Source: Patescibacteria group bacterium (GTDB lineage Bacteria > Patescibacteriota > Gracilibacteria > BD1-5 > UBA2023). Taken from it: DNA of 63,022 nucleotides. The DNA lies in NCBI GenBank assembly GCA_031539165.1, contig JAVKLK010000033.1, forward strand, positions 1 to 63,022, written 5' to 3'. The notes under the pieces are model-generated. The model was not told where the DNA came from. It did not search any database and was given only the letters and a program-made list of their open reading frames with translations. The position numbers and the translations under genes are program-made. Below, in pieces: positions 60,083 through 63,022 of this stretch; positions within the stretch are counted from its first letter, which is position 1; each line of letters begins with the position of its first letter.

Positions 60083-60105
60083 CTTGAAAGTGCAAGACTC
60101 TCAAA

Positions 60106-61752
60106 TTAGTACATACCTCCCATACCTCCCATTCCTGCTCCATGATCATGAGCTGGGGCTTCAGATGTTGGCTTCGGAGCATCAACAATAAGTGCTTCTG
60201 TTGTAAGGAACATTCCTGCAATTGAAATCGCATTTTCCAAAGCACATCGCTCTACTTTCTTCGGATCAATAATTCCTGCCTTGAGCATATCCACAAAAGT
60301 ATCTTTTGCAGCATCGTATCCGTAGTTTACATCAGAGGATCGAACGATGGAGTCAACAACGAGTGCTCCTTCTTTCCCGGCATTTTCAGCAATCTGACGA
60401 ACGGGATATGAGAGTGCTCGTGCGACAATCTGTGCACCAATCTCTTGATCTCGATTCTCAAATTTCATCGAAGCAATTGCCGCAGAAGCCTTGAGAAGAG
60501 CCACTCCTCCTCCAGCAACAATCCCTTCTTCAACTGCTGCTTTTGTCGCATTAAGTGCATCTTCAATACGAAGTTTCTTTTCTTTCATCTCCACTTCAGA
60601 CGCAGCTCCTACCTTGATTACCGCAATACCTCCAGCAAGCTTGGCGAGTCGCTCATGAAGTTTCTCACGGTCGTAGTCTGATTTTGTATTTTCAATCTGA
60701 GCTCGAATTTCTGATACTCGGGCGTCAATTCGAGTTTTGTCTCCAGCACCACCGATAATTGTGGTGGAATCTTTCTTTGATACAACCGTTTTTGCTCGAC
60801 CAAGATGTTCTACCCCCGCCATATCAAGCTTGTATCCAAGTTGATCGGTGATAACGGTAGCACCGGTAAGAATAGCGATATCCTGAAGTATTTCTTTCTT
60901 TCTATCTCCAAATCCAGGAGCCTTGATAGCAAGAACATTGAGAACTCCCTTGAGTTTGTTCAAAATAATCCCCGTAAGAGCATCCCCATCCACATCTTCA
61001 GCAACAATGACCAAGTCTCGCTTCCCCATACCCGCAAGAGCCTCCAAAAGAGGGAGAATATCTTTGAGACTTGATACTTTTTTATCAGTAACAAGAATGT
61101 GTGCATCAGAGATACGGGCTTCCATCTTTTCAGCATCACTTACCATATAAGGGGAGATATACCCTGTATCGAATTTCATACCTTCGGTGAGCTCAACGGA
61201 AAGACCAAAAGTCTGCCCTTCTTCAACCGTGATAACCCCATCTTTCCCCACTTTATCCATAGCATCGGAAATAATGCCCCCAACTTCAGCATCTTGTGCA
61301 GAAATTGTCGCAACTTGTGCTATCTCTTCTTTGGTAGAAAGCATCTTTGCATTTTTTGCAAGCTCAATCTCCACTTCTTCTCCTGCTTTCTTCATACCAT
61401 TCTTTAGCTCGATTGCATTGATTCCGGATCGAATTTCGCGGAGTCCTTCTTTTACCATCGCATAGGTTAAGAGGGTTGCTGTCGTAGTACCATCTCCAGC
61501 AGCATCATTCGTTCGAGAAGCAGCCTCCTTGATGAGTTCTGCCCCCATATTCTCGATTTTATCTTCGAGCTCTATTTCTTTGGCGATGGTTACTCCATCG
61601 TTCGTCACCTGAGGAGCCCCATATCCTTTGGAGAAAATGACATTCCGACCTTTGGGTCCTATAGTCGCGGTAACGGTTTTTGCCACTTTTTCAATACCAG
61701 TGAACATTTTGAGGCGAGCTTCGTCGCCGAAATGAATATTTTTTGCTGACAT
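60106..61752 (-). CDS. groL: chaperonin GroEL
   Basis: Uninterrupted 548 aa [15 protein letters not shown] and the C-terminal [10 protein letters not shown] tail. No TGA. Confidence 0.98.
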   Translation of the reverse strand: MSAKNIHFGDEARLKMFTGIEKVAKTVTATIGPKGRNVIFSKGYGAPQVTNDGVTIAKEIELEDKIENMGAELIKEAASRTNDAAGDGTTTATLLTYAMVKEGLREIRSGINAIELKNGMKKAGEEVEIELAKNAKMLSTKEEIAQVATISAQDAEVGGIISDAMDKVGKDGVITVEEGQTFGLSVELTEGMKFDTGYISPYMVSDAEKMEARISDAHILVTDKKVSSLKDILPLLEALAGMGKRDLVIVAEDVDGDALTGIILNKLKGVLNVLAIKAPGFGDRKKEILQDIAILTGATVITDQLGYKLDMAGVEHLGRAKTVVSKKDSTTIIGGAGDKTRIDARVSEIRAQIENTKSDYDREKLHERLAKLAGGIAVIKVGAASEVEMKEKKLRIEDALNATKAAVEEGIVAGGGVALLKASAAIASMKFENRDQEIGAQIVARALSYPVRQIAENAGKEGALVVDSIVRSSDVNYGYDAAKDTFVDMLKAGIIDPKKVERCALENAISIAGMFLTTEALIVDAPKPTSEAPAHDHGAGMGGMGGMY

Positions 61753-61797
61753 ATATTCAAAAATTAAAGACTAATAATCGTGAAGAGTATCTAGGAT

Positions 61798-62088
61798 TTA
61801 CCCAAGTTTGGCGAGTATGTACTCGTAGCCAACAATTCGGTATTTAGTCCCATCAACCTCGACCTCATCACCAGAATACTGTCCAGAAAGGACTCTATCC
61901 CCTGGTTTCAGGTCTATGGAGATATGTTTTCCGTTCGCGTCCTCTCGACCCGGACCAACTGCTACTACCTCATACATATTTGGGCGCTCTTTGTTTGCAG
62001 AGGCGGGAAGTATAATTCCCGACTTTGTGATGTTCTCGGCCTCGACTCCTTTCAAAAGAACTCGATCCGACATTGGCTGTATTTGCAT
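61798..62088 (-). CDS. groES: co-chaperonin GroES
   Basis: 96 aa: MQIQPMSDRVLLK...GIILP...EVVAVGPG, directly upstream of groEL. Confidence 0.95.
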   Translation of the reverse strand: MQIQPMSDRVLLKGVEAENITKSGIILPASANKERPNMYEVVAVGPGREDANGKHISIDLKPGDRVLSGQYSGDEVEVDGTKYRIVGYEYILAKLG

Positions 62089-62112
62089 ATCAGAGAGAAT
62101 TAAAAACTAAAA

Positions 62113-62140
62113 TTAAGCACTCAGATTATATATGTGCTAA
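62113..62140 (-). promoter_or_regulatory. CIRCE-like inverted repeat (putative HrcA operator) upstream of groES
   Basis: Minus strand reads TTAGCACAT-N9-GAGTGCTTAA, against the CIRCE consensus TTAGCACTC-N9-GAGTGCTAA. Lies 25 nt upstream of the groES ATG. Confidence 0.55.
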
Positions 62141-62152
62141 TTTTTAAGTCAA
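62125..62152 (-). promoter_or_regulatory. putative sigma-70-type promoter of groES-groEL
   Basis: Minus strand has TTGACT (rc 62147-62152), a 16 nt spacer, then TATAAT (rc 62125-62130). The -10 box lies inside the CIRCE spacer. Confidence 0.4.
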
Positions 62153-62362
62153 TAAAAATTCTTGCTCTCCATTTTTCACAATAATTCTGAAGAGAACTGG
62201 GAAATTATTTGACAAAGACTCCCTAATTTGAATAATCACGATTACTCTCGTTCCAAATTGCATAGGCAATAGGAACTCTCCGGCTTGTCCCCGGAGAGTG
62301 TATGGGCTGTTCACGTTTGTTGGACGCATACTGGTGCGGGCAACCGCAAGAAGGAGACAACC

Positions 62363-62923
62363 ATGAAAAAGACCCTGATTGCCCTCGTGGGCATGGCAAG
62401 TTTGGCTCTGGCGAGCACAGCGGCGATGGCGGTACAAGTGGACGTCGGTCTGAACAAAGCTGAGCTGGTCGCGATTGGCGGTGGCAGTGGTGACATGAAG
62501 CTCAACGGCGGCGGTTCTGGTTCCATCCAAGCAGCGTTCCCCGACGGCAACGGCATCACCAAGCAACAACCCGCTTTCGCTGGCTATCTGAAGTTTGACC
62601 AAGGCGTCGCACTGAAGCCGAGCACTGCCGTGGCCGACATCAACGCACACGTGGGCAAACCCGGTGGACTCACCAAGCTGGAACCTCAAGCCGTCGGCCT
62701 GATTGCCCTGAAGCCGGTCGCTGCCCTGCATGGCGACAAGGGAGAACCCATCACTAGCGATGTGCTGAAACCTGGCCTGGCCTCCGGCATTCCGACGCTG
62801 TGGAAACCTGAAGCCGTGATCGCCAAGAAAGCCGACGACAAGCGCCCCTGCACCGTAGCCGGTGGCAAAGGCGTGGCCCTCCAACCCGGCACTGGTGCTT
62901 TCGCTTCGGCGATGACCACCTGA
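62363..62923 (+). CDS. secreted hypothetical protein in the GC-rich terminal segment
   Basis: AAGGAG 6 nt upstream of ATG 62363. Signal peptide MKKTLIALVGMASLALASTAAMA. GC-rich codons. The frame closes at TGA 62921-62923 under the standard code, but has no stop before the contig end if TGA=Gly. Confidence 0.5.
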   Translation: MKKTLIALVGMASLALASTAAMAVQVDVGLNKAELVAIGGGSGDMKLNGGGSGSIQAAFPDGNGITKQQPAFAGYLKFDQGVALKPSTAVADINAHVGKPGGLTKLEPQAVGLIALKPVAALHGDKGEPITSDVLKPGLASGIPTLWKPEAVIAKKADDKRPCTVAGGKGVALQPGTGAFASAMTT

Positions 62924-63011
62924 TTCTGGGCCAAGGAAAGACCTGTAACCGCTTTTGGAACTCCCGAACATCCTCCTTGGAGTGATATCGGCTCTGACCA
63001 AAAGTACAAAG

Positions 63012-63022
63012 CCCCCCCCCCC
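63012..63022. repeat. terminal homopolymeric C tract
   Basis: The contig ends in 11 consecutive C. Confidence 0.9.

Noticed and set aside
62144-63001. 285 aa minus-strand ORF in the terminal segment
   Set aside because: It lies opposite a plus-strand ORF that has an RBS and a signal peptide. Long antisense ORFs are expected in GC-rich DNA, and its product is Arg/Gly/Ala-rich with no motif.
1-63022. TGA read as Trp (table 4) or as selenocysteine
   Set aside because: TGA falls in Walker A GSGKT, RecA KIGVMFG, RuvC ILGIDPG, radical SAM GGEP and DnaJ CxxCGGSG, where Gly is invariant and Trp would not fit. TGA is far too frequent for Sec, with dozens of sites and up to more than ten per gene.

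Overview
The window is AT-rich by eye, apart from the last ~750 bp. Its conserved genes are intact only if TGA is read as a sense codon. In-frame TGAs sit on invariant glycines: RuvC ILGIDPG, UvrB Walker A GSGKT, RecA KIGVMFG, DnaJ LLGV and CPDCGGSG, RNase HII DEAGRGAWAGP, and radical SAM GGEP. I therefore read the window with translation table 25, the Gracilibacteria/Absconditabacteria (SR1)-type code of the CPR bacteria, and merged the track fragments. All CDS coordinates below use TGA=Gly and include the TAA/TAG stop. After merging I count about 55 CDS, 3 tRNAs (initiator Met, a second CAT tRNA, Leu-CAA), several intrinsic terminators and a CIRCE-like operator at groES. Housekeeping genes: a phosphohexomutase, ruvC, alaS, fusA, lysS, uvrB, rsmA, pilC, prfA, recA, dnaJ, rnhB, an RlmD-like methyltransferase and groES-groEL. 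The main finding is a ~13.5 kb island at 15955-29501. It is built around a His-Xaa-Ser repeat precursor (HxsA-like, ending SHGSHGSHGSHGSH). It also encodes two HxsD-like proteins, six CxxxCxxC radical SAM proteins (one fused to a Gfo/Idh/MocA NAD(P) domain), a HExxH-motif protein, a lipoprotein, an antisense kinase-fold protein and two unknown proteins. Other features: three giant unknown ORFs (about 1455, 1006 and 891 aa), a surface-protein module, an unassigned ~250 nt region between tRNA-Leu and a terminator, poly-C tracts near both contig ends, and a visibly GC-rich terminal segment that looks foreign or chimeric. I saw no CRISPR array, rRNA or obvious transposase.
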